Positions 1 through 13,193 of a DNA stretch of 64,000 nucleotides are shown one piece after another. Under the pieces are notes generated by a model. It searched no databases. It saw only the letters and a list, made by a program, of their open reading frames with translations, and had not been told where the DNA came from. This DNA is from the human T2T-CHM13v2.0 reference genome, Homo sapiens. The stretch lies in the NCBI RefSeq assembly GCF_009914755.1, contig NC_060941.1. The stretch is one strand, 5' to 3'. The translations under genes were made by a program, and so were the position numbers. Within the stretch, counting starts at the first letter, position 1. Each line of letters opens with the position of its first letter.

Positions 1-941
1 CCTTCAGACCAAATAATGGTAGAGCCACTGACAGCTTATGCCCTCAGTCTGAAAAAGCCACAGGCAATAGACTCCAACCTGTGAGAGCAGCCGTGGGGGC
101 TGTACCCTGCAAAGCCATAGGGACAGGCCAGCCCAAAGTCTTAGGAGGCCATCCCTCATACCCATGTTCCCAGGATGCAAGAAGCAGAGCCAAAGGAGAT
201 TATGGTGGAGATTTAAGATTTAATGTCTGCTCTGCTGTGTTTCAGACTTGCATGGGGCTTGTTACTCCTCTCTTTTGGCCAATTTATCCCTTTTGAAATA
301 GAAATGTTTACTCAATGCCTGTACCACCATTATATCTAGGAAATAAATAACTTATTTTTGATTTGACAATCTCGTAGGTAGAAGAAGCTTGCCTTGAGTG
401 TCAGATGAGACTTTAGACTTTTGAGTGATGCTGGAATGAGTTAAGATTTTGGAGGACTATTGGGAAAGGATGATTGTATTTTGGAATGTGAGATGAACAT
501 GAAATTTGGAGGACCAGGGAAGAAGTAATATGGTATGGATATTTTGCCATTTCCAAATCTCATGTTCAAATGTGACTTCCAGTATTACAGGTGGACCTAG
601 TGGGAGGTGTTTGGGTCACGGGGTAGATCCCTCATGAATGGCTTGGTGCTGTCCCCATGATAATGAGTGAGTTCTCACTCTATGAGTTCACATGATATCT
701 GGTTGTTTAAAAGAGACTGACACTCCTTCCTCTATCTCTTGCTTGCTCTCTCACCATGTGACATGCTTGCTCCCACTTTCCTTCCACCATGATTGGAAGC
801 TTCTGGGGGCCATCACCACAAGGAGATTCTAATGCCATGCTTCCTGTACACCCAGCAGAGCTATGAGACAAATAAACCTCTTTTCTTTATAAATTACAAA
901 ATTCCAGGTGTTCCTTTATAGCAGCACAAAACAGACACACA
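1..941 (+). mobile_element. MaLR (MST-type) internal 3' end (1-525) plus 3' LTR (526-941)
   Basis: MaLR-internal motifs, a purine tract, and an LTR running taatatggtatgg...aataaacctcttttctttataaattac...cagacacaca. Confidence 0.85.
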
Positions 942-1299
942 TAATTCTAGGTTCTTTTTACAAACACCAAGATTCAGACATTTTAGTGGTTTAAAATTAG
1001 GGTAAAGAGTCTCATTGCCATTATTCTCTTTAATGAACAAAACGTTAGTTGTGAAATTATATATTTTAATGAAACATAGTGTAGCCATTTACATTAATTT
1101 GTACATTGTAAACATGTTAATGTTTCTCTGTATTGTCTCTTCCACCAAAAATGTTATCTTTGACTGATTCACCCTCTCCGAATACTGGGAGAGAAGGGTT
1201 ATTTTGGTTTGGTTTTAATTTGTCAATCCCACAAGCAGTTTTCAGCAGATAGAAGGTATTTGGAGATTTTCTTACATGAAACAATCCAAGCATACACTT

Positions 1300-2395
1300 T
1301 ATAATTTTTTTTACTATGTTTAAATTGATGTATACAACACATGCAGAAAAGTACACAGATGATAAGTATATAATCTGATTCATTTCTACAAAGTAAATAC
1401 ATCTATGTGTTTGCCACCAAAAATCTAGGTCCTACACTAAAAAATAGAACATTACCAGCATCCCAGAAGCCCCAGATCAAAGTAGGCATATGCAAGAAAT
1501 ATTTTGTAATTTCCAATGTAATTGCTTCTTTGATCCATGGGTTATTTAGAAATACGTTGCCTAATTTTCCAACATTTGGGAATACATTTGGGAATTTCCT
1601 AGTTACATTCCTGTTATTTACTTACAGTGTAATATCACTGTGAAGAGATATATATACATATATATATGTATATGTATATATACAATCTGCTTTGTGTTTT
1701 CTGGATTAAAAAAAGTTTGTTATATCAGTTGTTGAGAATTGTTACAGTCTCCTACTATAATTATAGATTGCTCTATTCTTCACTTAGTTTTGTCAATTTT
1801 TGCTTTACTGAAATTAAGTCTATGATTTAAGGTGAATACAAATTTAGAACTGTTATATCTTTTTAGTGGATTGACCCTTTTATCATTATAAAATATCCTG
1901 TTTACCGCTGGTAATATTTTTTGCCTTAAATCTACATTACCTCATATTAAACAATTTGGATGATATATTTTCAGATATTTTTGGTATTTCCTGAACAATG
2001 CAAGCTTCTTAGAAGCTTCAAATCCAATGATACCCTCTCCATATTTTATATCATTGTTTTGGGGGGGTGGTATTTTAATTCTGCATAAATTTTAAACTCA
2101 AAACAATATTAGTAGCATCATATTTTAATATCACTTTATAGGGTCAATATTAATTTATATGTCTACTTTTTCCTCATTACTTTCTGAATTTTCTTGCTTC
2201 AATCTAGGATCATTTTTCTTTGCCTAAAGAATTCACTTGTATTTTGTTTTCTGCAAATCCGTCATTTTTTGTCTAAAAATGTCTTTATTTTGTCTTTACA
2301 CTGAAAGGATAATTTTACTTGGTATAGAATTTCAAAATTGCTGTAATTTGCTTTAATTCTTAAAAAATGTCACTCCATTTATTCTGCCTTCCATA
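1300..2395 (-). mobile_element. Old L1M fragments; the host element resumes at about 5565-5990
   Basis: T-rich degenerate antisense L1 sequence that continues across the younger L1 insertion. Confidence 0.65.
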
Positions 2396-2397
2396 AC

Positions 2398-3320
2398 TTT
2401 TATTCAACTTCTATTTTAGATTCAGGGGGTACATAAGTAGGTTTGTTACATGGATATATTGCATGATGCTGATGTTTGGGGCATGATTGATTCCATCACC
2501 CAGGTAGTAAACATAGTACCCAATAAATAGTTTTTCAACCCTTGCCCCATCCTTCTTTACCCCCTCCAGTGTCCCTAGTTCTATTGTTGCCATCTTTATG
2601 CCCATGTGTACCTAATGTTTAGCTACCATGTATGTGTACATGTAGTATTTGGGTTTCTGCTTTTGTGTTAGTTTGCTTAGTATAATGGCCTCCAGCATCA
2701 CTCATTGTTGCTGCAAAAGACAGGATTTTGTTCTTTTTTTATTGCTGTAGAGTTTTACATGGTTTGTATGTACCACATTTTATTTATCCAGTCTACCATT
2801 GATGGGTATCGAGGTTGATTCCGTATAACAAACCTACTCATGTACCCCCTGAATCTAAAATAAAAGTTGAATAAAAGTTATGGAAGGCAGAATAAATGGA
2901 ATGGCATTTTTTAAGAATTAAAGCGAATCACAGAAATTTTGAAATTCTACACCAATCATGGGCATTGAGGTTGATTCCATGTCTTTGCCATTGTGAATAC
3001 CACTCCAATGAACATCTGAGTATAGGTTTCTTTTTGGGAAAAATGATTTATTTTCCTTTGGAGATATACCCAGCAATGGGATTGCTTGGTTGAATAGTAG
3101 TTCCATCTTTAGTCCTTTGAGAAATCTTCAAACTGCTTTCCACAGTAGTTGAACTAATTTATATTCCCACCAACAGTGTATAAGCATTCTCTTATCTCTG
3201 CAGCCTTGCCAATATCTGTTATTTTTCTTTTTTTAATAGCCATTCTGACTTGAGATGATATCTCATTGTAACTTTGATTTGCATTTCTCTGATAATTAGT
3301 AATGTTGTATGTCTTCTTTT
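2398..3320 (-). mobile_element. Older primate L1 (L1PA15/16-like) 3' end, non-inverted part
   Basis: Antisense L1 3' UTR and ORF2 C-terminus with a decayed A-tail near 2400. Confidence 0.85.
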
Positions 3321-5562
3321 CAGAACTGAACAAAATAAAGATCTATACAGGAAAACCAAAGTTTATTTTTTGTAAGGATAAAAAAGATCAATAGACTACT
3401 AGCTAGATTAACAAAGGAAAAAAGGGAGAAGATTCAAATAAGCACTATCAGAAACAACAAAGATGACATTACAACCAATCCCACAGAAACACAAAAGTTA
3501 CTCAGAGATTATTATGAACACCTCTATGCACACAAACAGAAAATCTAGAGAAAATGGATAAATTCCCAGGAATGCACAACCTTCAAATATTCAATCAGGA
3601 AGAAATAGAAACCCTGAACAGAACAATAACATGTGCCAGAATTGAATCAGTCATTTTAAAAGACTACCAACCAAAAAAGGCCCAGGACCAGGTGGATTCA
3701 CAGCCAAATTCTACCAGACATATGAAGAAGAGCTGGTACCAATCCTTACTGAAACTATTCTAGAAAATAAAGGAGGAGGACTGCTTCTCAGCCCTTTGGC
3801 TAAGATCAAGTGAAAATCAAGGAGGAGAGACTCCTCCCTAATTCATTCGATGAAATCAGCATCAGCTCAACATTAAAGCCCAGCAAAGACATGATAAAAA
3901 AAGAAAACTACAAACTACTATCCCTGAAGAACACAGATATGAAAATCCTCAACAAATACTAGCAAGCTGAAATCCAGCATCACATCAAAGTGTTAATTCA
4001 CCACAATCAAGCAGGTGTTATTCCTGGGATGCAAGGTTGGTTCAACATCCATAAATCAGTAAATGTGATTCACGACATGAACAGAATTAAAAACATAAAT
4101 CATATGATCATCTTGATAGACACAGAAAGATTTCAGTAAAATCCAACATCCCTTCCTGATAAAAACCCTCAACAAAGTAGGCATTGAAGGAATGTATCTC
4201 AAAATTATTGGCACCATCTGTGACAAACCCACAGCCAACACCATAATGAGTGGGTGAAAGCTAGAACAATTCCCCTATTCCCCTTAATAACTAGAACAAG
4301 ACAAGGATGCCATTCTAACCACTCCTATTCTACTGAGTACTAGAACTCCTAGCCAGACAAATCAGGCAAGAGAAAGAAATAAAATGCATCCAAATAGGAA
4401 AAAAAGTCAAATTATCTTTCTTTGCTGATGACATGATTTTATATCTAGACAACCCTAAAGACTCCATTTAAAGGCTCCTAAAACTGATAAACAACTTCAA
4501 TAAAGTTTCAAGATACAAAATAAAAGTACAAAAATCAGTACTATTTCTATACACTGATAATATTCAACCTGAGAGCCAAATTAAGAACAAAATCCTATTT
4601 ACAATAGCAACAACAACAAAAAAATACCTAGGAATACATCTAGCCAAGGGGGTGAAAATTTTCTGCAAGGAGAACTACCAAACACTGCTGAAAGAAATCA
4701 AAGATGACACAAACAAATGGAGAAACATTCCATGCTCACATATTGGAAGAATCAATATCATTAAAATGAATATACTGCCCAAAGCAATCTACAGATTTGA
4801 TGTTATTCCTTGCAAACTGCCAATGTCTTTTTTCACAGAATTGGAAATATCAATCCTAAAATTCATATGGAACTTGAAAAGAGCCCAAATGGCTAAACGA
4901 TCCTAAGCAAAAATAAAAGTCAGACTTCATCACATTACCCAACTTCAAACTATATAACAAGGCTACAGTAACCAAAACAGCAATGGTACCAGTATAAAAA
5001 CAGGCTCATACACCAATGGAACAAAATAGAGAGCCCAGAAATAAACCCATATCCCTACAACCAATCAACCAACCAACTGATCTTTGACAAAGTCAACAAA
5101 AATAAGCAATGAGGAAAGGACTTTCTATTCAATAAATGGTGCTGGGATAACTGGCTGTGCATATGCAGAATGAAACTAAACCTCTATCTTTCACTGTAAA
5201 CAAAAATAAACTCAAGATGGATTAAAGATTTAAATGTAAGACCTAAAACTATAAAAATCCTAGAAGAAAACCTAAGAAATACCCTAATGGACATGGCCTT
5301 AGCAAAGAATTTTGACTAAGTCCTCAAGAACAATTGCAACAAAAAAACCTCCAACATTTACAAATGGGATGTGATTCAACTAATGAGTTTCTGCACAGCA
5401 AAAGAAACTGTCAACAAAGTAAACAGACAGCTTACAGAATGGCAAAAAAAAAAAACTTGCAAAGTATGCATGCAACAAAGGCCTACTATCCAGAATGTAG
5501 ACAGAACTTAAACAATCCAACAAGCAAAAAAAATGACCCCATTAAAAAGTGGGCAACAGACA
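3321..5562 (+). mobile_element. Inverted ORF2 (RT region) segment of the same L1
   Basis: Degenerate ORF2 peptides such as [33 protein letters not shown] and NQEEIETLNRTIT, with many stops and frameshifts. Confidence 0.9.
3780..3812 (+). pseudogene. 3'-truncated (tailless) U2 snRNA retropseudogene
   Basis: actgcttctcagccctttggctaagatcaagtg matches U2 nt 1-33 at 29/33. It is flanked by a TSD: gaaaataaaggaggagg (3763-3779) and gaaaatcaaggaggaga (3812-3828). Confidence 0.88.
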
Positions 5563-6439
5563 TAATTTGTGTTGAATGAAGTCTGCATTTTATGTCTTTT
5601 TCTTTAAAGGTTAAATGTCTCTTTTTTCTTCTGTCTATATTTAAAATTTTTACTTTTATCTTTTAACAGTTTTACTATGTTTTACCTATGTGTAGTTTTA
5701 TTTTATTTTATTCTTGTTGGGGTTTGTCAAGTTTATTGTTTCTGTGGGTTAGTGTTTATCAGTTTTAGAAAATTCTCAACCATTATCTCAGCGAACATGA
5801 CTCCTACCTTATTCTGCACTTCCCTTCTATCTGGGCTCTTGGCTGCTTAGGGCTTCATAACCTCAGTTACTCTAAAATCCCTTCTGGGATATTTTTAAAT
5901 CATTTTATGCACATTATCTGGTTCTCTGCAAAAGGATCAATCTGATCTAAGCTAATCCTCCATAGCCAGAAGGAGAACATCCCCGTTTGAGGTGATACTT
6001 CTTATACTGTCATAATCCTAGCCATAGACTGAACACATAATACACTTATTTTTACTTAGACATAGTCACATATGTGAAATGTGAGCCAAATTTAAGTTAT
6101 GTAAAAAGATAATAATGTTGAGCCTATTAAGTAACATTAAGATCTGCAGTCCTAGTCACCAGTTGCCCTAAGTGAGAGTACTAGGGCAATGTGACCTCAC
6201 TATAAACCCGTGCATGCTTGAGGGGCTGCCAAATCACAAGCTGGAGTCAGTGGGGGGTGGGAGGGGGTAAAGCTACTGCCAGAAATCCCAAGCCAAAGGG
6301 AAGCAGAGGAAGGGAGCCAGGTGAAGGAAGTAGCAGCGTGGCATATTGTGTATTGGAAGATATCCAGAAGCACTTTGGGGCCCTCACAGGCTACTTCCTC
6401 ATCCACAGATGATACCCAGGCCTCCCTCTAAAAGCAGAT

Positions 6440-6580
6440 AACTTTTTGTGTCTAAGCTTCAGATTTCTTAAAATGATAATCATGAATAATTATATTACAG
6501 GCTGGTAATGACTGTAAATAATAAATATGCAAAGTGCTTAGAATAGTGTCTTATTCAGGGTAATTGCTTAATAAGTCAGC
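6440..6580 (+). mobile_element. MIR fragment
   Basis: MIR core-like cttcagatttc...aaagtgcttagaatagtgtc. Confidence 0.6.
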
Positions 6581-6745
6581 TATGATAATGGTGATAGTGA
6601 TAATAATTATTGTGTTTAAGATATTGATGATTGTGATGATGGTCATAAAGTAAAAATGATTATCATTACCATGAAGAAAGAGGATATCATATATATAGTA
6701 TATGTATATATACACTCCCCCAAAAAGTCAGCTATGACATGACAG

Positions 6746-6909
6746 AATGTTAGACTTCCCCTTTTACCTTGACCTTAATATACAGTAAGTATGTATGCTT
6801 GAACCATCCCAAAACCTTCCCTCCCAACCCCTGGTCCATGGAAAAAAATGTCTTAAATATACATACATACTGTATATTAAGGTCAAGGTAAAAAGGGAAG
6901 TCTGATATT
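6746..6909. repeat. Fold-back inverted repeat with 51-bp arms enclosing a MER1 fragment
   Basis: 6746-6796 and 6859-6909 are reverse complements at 47/51. Confidence 0.9.
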
Positions 6910-8223
6910 TACTGCTTTTAAATATGTTTTCTACTGTAAAGTGGTCATGCTTCTGAGCCTCTATCTGATTGAACTGGCTGAGTTCTATATCAGGGCACCA
7001 GTGCCCTAAACAGGGTCTCTGTGACATAGGACATGCCTCCACCTGGGTTCTACTCCACTTTCCCTCATACAAGTAATGTCAAGGAGAGAATAAAGCTAAC
7101 TTATTGTCATAGAGCTTGAAGAAGGACTTCACACTAGTTTTTATAGCTCAGAGTTTCAGGATGATTAATAAGCAAGGACTCCAAGGAGAAACAGCACATA
7201 CTTCAGAAGAGACACATTCCTCATTGTGGCTCTTGCTGGAAAATATTGATAATAGAAAGCAATTTTCCCAAGGTTCATTCACATAGGACTAGATGGATTT
7301 TTTGCTTCAAGTTCACTGCATTTTTAGAAGGGAATAATTAAAAAAAAATCTAAGTGCCACTTAAACCAAATGGGTAAAGCACCTAGATAGAAAATGATAA
7401 AATCAGGACACTGCCATTTCTATTCATGAATGCCTTTTCTGTCTTCATTTAACTTAAGATATTTTTGATTGTAGAGAAGTAAAACATGCATAAAATACCA
7501 GCCTTTTCAGCAAGTGACAGGCAACTTTGTTGATACAAATGGATTTGATGATTACTTTTCAAGCTGTAGATAAAGACAGAATTGATGGTGACAGGGAAGA
7601 GATGGAACCCATATGGGAAAGGCTGAGGAAATAAACTTGTCCAGGATGTATTTCTATGCTTTTTTATGTACAAAGAAATATACAAACATAGAAATATATA
7701 TATACACATAGTATATATGTATAATGTGTATATTACATATAAATATATATATCTGTGTGTACACATACATGTACACACAGAAGGAAAATATCTTTTAAAT
7801 TGAGAGAAGAATAACAGTTTTCCCCTAATCTGGCTGAGGTTAAGATTCTAGCAAATATGGGCTCCCATTCATAAGTAAACTTGTCCCAGTGAAGACAGAG
7901 GAAATTGTCTAAGAAAGCCAAAGGGTCTTCCACTGAGGTGGAACAGAGTGACATGGGTTAGGGGCCCCATGCGGCTGAGGATTCTTCATCAAAGTGAGTT
8001 GTGCAATAAATGTGCACTAGAGTAAAATTACGTAAGCCTCAAAGTCTCCTCTGAACCACCACTGTCTTTCCAGACTTGAGGAATCTCACTTTCCTCTCTC
8101 ATACAACTCCCATGGTTCTCTACTCAATAGCATCTACTATGTCCCTTTTTTTCTAGTTTAATCCTCCCAGAGACCTAGAGTTTTCAAAGACAGAGGCAGA
8201 TGATGGGAGAAAACGTCCTAGAG

Positions 8224-9136
8224 CAGCGGTTCCCAACTGTATTGGTCTGTTCTCATGCTGCTAACAAAGACATACCCAGGACTGGGTAATTTATAAAGGA
8301 AAGAGGTTTCATTGAGTCATAGTTTAGCATGGCTGGGGAGGCCTCAGAAAACTAACAATCATGGCAGAAGGGGAAGCAAACAGATCCTTCTTCATGTGGT
8401 AGCAACAAGGAGAAGTGCCAAACAAGAGGGGGAAAAGCCCTTTATAAAACCCTGAGATTTCAAGAGAGCTCACTATTATGAGAACAGCAGCATGGGGGTA
8501 ACGACCCCTATGATTCAATTACCTCTCATGGGCTCCTTCCCACAACAAATGGGGATTATGGGAACTACAATTCAATAGGAGATTTGGGTGGGGACACAGC
8601 CAAACCATATCATCAACATTTCTGGCACGAGGAACCAGTTTTGTGGAAGACAATATTTCTGTGGACCTGGGGTGGGGGTTGGGGCAAAGGTTTCAGGATG
8701 ATTCAAGTGCATCACATTTATTGTGTGCTTGATTTCTATTATTACATTGTAATATTTAAATAATTATACAACCTCACCATAATGTAGAATCAATGGGAGT
8801 CCTGAGTTTGTTTTCCTGGAACTAGATGGTCCCATCTAGGGGCGATGGGAGATAGTGACAGGTCATCAGGCATTAGATTATCATAAGGAGCATGCAACCT
8901 AGATCCCTCACATGTGCAGTTCACAATAGGGTTTGACCTCCTGTGAGAATCTAATGCAGCTACTGATCAAGAAGAGCCAGAGCTCAGGTGGTAATGTGAG
9001 TCATGGGGAGTGGCTGTAAATGCAGATGAAGCTTCCCTCACTCACCTGTTGCTGCTCACTTCCTGCTGTGCGGCCCAGTTCCTAACAGGCCTCTGACTGG
9101 TATGGGGGTAGAGGGTGGGGGTGTTGGAGACCCCTC
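8224..9136 (-). mobile_element. MER1A (hAT-Charlie) interrupted by a THE1 LTR
   Basis: Termini cagcggttcccaac and gttggagacccct; perfect 8-bp TSD tcctagag (8216-8223, 9137-9144); about 530 bp once the LTR is removed. Confidence 0.88.
8238..8612 (-). mobile_element. THE1 (C/D-like) solo LTR
   Basis: tgtattggtc...ccaaaccatatca with a 5-bp TSD ccaac/tcaac. Confidence 0.9.
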
Positions 9137-11209
9137 TCCTAGAGGAAAGGAAATGCAACAGACTGGCTTTCTTCTTGGAATCCCCTCATCAGTTCTCAGT
9201 TTTCTCATCTATAATAAGAGGAGTTTGAACTATAATTATCTGAAGTCTGCCCCAGCTGGTTACTCTGGGAGTCTAGGATCTAAAATTGGGGAAAGACGAC
9301 ATGCACATAGAAATTACATTTTAAAAATCTATATAGTGTAGGAAAGAAGGAAGCCCTGAGGCTGAAGCAGTGACTATGCAACTCTCCTTACAGAAGCCAT
9401 GTTCAGGAGACCTCATTCCCTTTTGCAGACCCTCATTCACTTTTTTCCCCTCACCCCTACTCAGAATCAGAGCTAATTTTTCTTAGGAAAGAAACTCTTT
9501 CCAGAAGTGAGGCAGATACAATGCTTTGCATTTTTCAGATGAGAAAGCTGTGAGTCACAGTTGAGTAATTTGTCCACAGTGACACAGTGTATCTAATAAG
9601 TGGTAGAGAGAAACAAGTAGGAGACAGAGACAGTCATTTGACAGAATCTCCCTTCCCTTGAACCCTTGTGTCAAGAGCTTCTGGGATCCTACTTTCAACA
9701 CTGGTAGGCTGGACTGCTTTTGGCTGAGGTGAGTTCTCTCTAAAGCCATCTTGCTGACCATCACTTTATATTGGCTGACCTCTCAGTTTCCTCTCTGTAA
9801 ATACAAGCAGCAATATCTGAGTCCATGCCTCCCAGGGATAGTAAGATAAATGAGATAATAAAGGTGAGAACCAAATGAGCTCCTCTTAATGATGGTGTTA
9901 AAAACCCCATGAGGTACTGTGATGTTATTAACAAAATGCAGAGGCTGCAGAGTTACATTTGGCCAAATTCTTACACCTCTCAATTTTTTAGCAAGGAGAC
10001 ATAGATATGAAATCAGTATTCCCAATAGTGAAACTGACTACAAGTGTGTTCTCATTTTTAAACAAACCTATTCTATGCAAATCCAATTAATAGAAAAAGT
10101 ATACCAATCAAGGATCTATACATATAGCTATCTTTCACAAAACTATTCTAGTTTTCCTTATTAAAAAACTTCAAAACACTTCATGCTTTGTGGCATTTCA
10201 GTGAAATTGGAATTGTAAAATAATGATTTACTGAAAACCTTTTAAAGGTACTGATCTGGCATGAAGTGAGGTACGACTGAAGTTTCTAGACAACCATTTG
10301 AGATTTTGGCTGTGGAGCCCTCCCAAAAGAAGATTCTACCAGCCAGTTGCATCACTTGCAAATATTGGAGGCCGTTGCTCTGGAAAAGCAACTAAAAATA
10401 ATACCTGGGTGTGGACAAAATAAGAAGGGAGCCATACTCAGCTATGAGCCAGTGTATTGCAAAGGGCCAGTGCTGGTCAAAAGCAGTGGGGCCATCATCT
10501 TGATTTAGACATACTGTCCACTTCTCTAATGCAAACCCACAAAATTGTTGACTCTTAGAGTGCCCACAAAGCTTCTGCTGTGACGATAGGACTTTTAGGG
10601 CCATGAGGAAGCTAACACTAACTTTTACATTTCAATTTTTACCTTTTCCCACATAGCTTACGCTAAAACTCTTCCCAACTTGTGGCCTGGAGAATGTATT
10701 TTTCTGGCATTACATTCCCTTTCCAACATTATTCCTGTCCCTCAACCTGTTCAGTAATCTTATCTAAAACTACTGGATAATTCCTTTGAGGGTGCTATCA
10801 TAGCCCAAATATGTCAAGGTCTGTTTTTCACTAGTAAACAGTGAACATCTTCAGTTTTAAATGATAAGTTAATTCTACAACTTAATTGAGCCCATTTATG
10901 TTTATTCATTGCTGAAGTTCCTCTTAGATCTTGCCTTCTCTCACATCTTCTCTATAACCCAAGAAGGAACCCACCTAGATCTCCTGGACCCCCTCTTGCC
11001 TGATTTAGGTAGATCATCATAGGAGATGAAAAATTATCATCTCAAATTTAAGTTTTCAAGAGATGGTATCAAAACACGCTTTTGTCAACAAGCCCAATCA
11101 TATTCCCACAACTTTTGAGTGCTCTTCCTGATTCTAGAGCAAACACACTGATTTAGATAGAGCACCATGTTTCTGAACCTTGAATAATCCTGTTCAGATT
11201 GAAGCAGGG

Positions 11210-11440
11210 GTGTATTAATAGAGCGCAGGTCTTGGAGTTAAACCACACCCGCCCTCACCCCCAACCCCACCACCCCACAACAGGCTTAGGAAGGTTGCTC
11301 AACCTCTCAAGGCGAAGGCGTTTGCTGTTTCTCATCTGTAAAACGCCAAAGATTGCCATCCCCATCACTGTTGTGGAAGATTAGCGAGACATAAAGTGCC
11401 TGTCAGGATGTTTGGCCAATAGTGGTACCTGATTCAGTCA
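11210..11440 (+). mobile_element. MIR
   Basis: tttctcatctgtaaaa core and aaagtgcctgtcagg 3' part. Confidence 0.65.
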
Positions 11441-12282
11441 TTCAGTGACTTTCACAGTCACCTTGAGCTTGACTCTCTCAAGAAAAGAAAAGAAATTAAG
11501 AAGCATGTGAGCCATTGAACCTTGACCACAAATATTCTAAGAAACTTATAACTCCTTAGCCATATGTTTCATTTCAAATCCAAGTATGAAAAAAGCTATG
11601 TAACTAAAAAGTGGATCTACTCTATAATTTATTGTATTATAATACATATGTATACATCTCACACACTGTGTATTTATACTTTAAGAGAGAAAGACTTTTA
11701 TAAGACTTTTTACGTCAAGTGAGGGCATCTGTTCATTTCTGTAGAGCACATACTGCTTTGCTGCAGAGTGCAGAGAGAATGACTTTGCTCTTCATACCCT
11801 AAAATTGAGTCCACCAGGGATGAAACATAGGCGTGTAGTAGCAAAGGCTTCTGTCCAGCTGAGCAGTAAATCCTGGCTGCCCCTGATGATCACAGGGACT
11901 GGCTCCTGGTAATAATTTTGATGTCATTATCCTCTCCTAGAAATGCATGAATGGTTCTGGCCTTTAAAAACAGATTTAAGAGGATGCATTTATCTTGACC
12001 TTATCAGCCTTTTAAAGATCATGCCGTAGGGCCTGTTGACCTTTCTCTCTTAACGATGAGTTGCAAAACAGTGGGATAACATCAATGGATGAAAGGGAGA
12101 AAGAGTGTGTAACCAGAAGCAGCACCCATGGAGAGGAGGAGGTGGGACAGGGATGTTCAGGCTGACAAAGGAAACTTGCTTTAGTCCTGTGGGAATTGAA
12201 GAATCCCACATAAATGGAAGCACAGGAGGCACAAATGGGATTCCATTTCCATCTCTGCTCTAAATATGCAGTCCTTGGGTAC

Positions 12283-12824
12283 TGTGATGGTTAATTTTAG
12301 GTTTCAACTTCACTGGAATAAGCAATACCTAGAAACTTGGTAAAGCATTATTTTTAGGTGTCTGTGAGGGGTTTTTCCAAGGAGATTAGCATGTGGGTCT
12401 GAGTAAAATAGGTGGGGAAGATCTGCCTTTGATATGAGGAGGCACCATTCATTCTTCCAAGTCCAGAAAAGGCAAATGTGTCAATCTATCTGCTGAAACT
12501 GGGATACACTCTTCCTCTCTTGTTCTTGGACAAAAACTTCAGGCTCCCAGCCTTTGGGCTCCAGAATTTATAGCAGCAACCCCTTTCCCCACCTGAGGCT
12601 CTCAGGTCTTTGGTCATGGAATGGGGATTGTCATAAGCTTCCTTAGATCTAAGGCCTTCAGTCTTGGACTGAGCCACACTACTGGCATCCCAGGGTATCC
12701 AGCTTGAGGATATCATGGGACTTCTCAGCCTTGATAATTACATGAGCCAATGCTTTTAATAAATCTCTTCTCATTTATCCATACATATTTTATTGATTCT
12801 GCCTCTCTGGAGAACCCTAATAGA
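12283..12824 (+). mobile_element. MLT2 (ERVL) solo LTR
   Basis: tgtgatggttaatttt...ctggagaaccctaataga with TSD ggtac/ggtat. Confidence 0.88.
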
Positions 12825-12874
12825 GGTATACATCAAGGCATAAGTCAAGAAAAATAAGATATTTGGCTTATTAA

Positions 12875-13193
<319 letters not shown>

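Noticed and set aside
6155-6195. Small hairpin gtcac/ttgcccta...tagggcaa/gtgac
   Set aside because: The stem is too short to exceed chance expectation.
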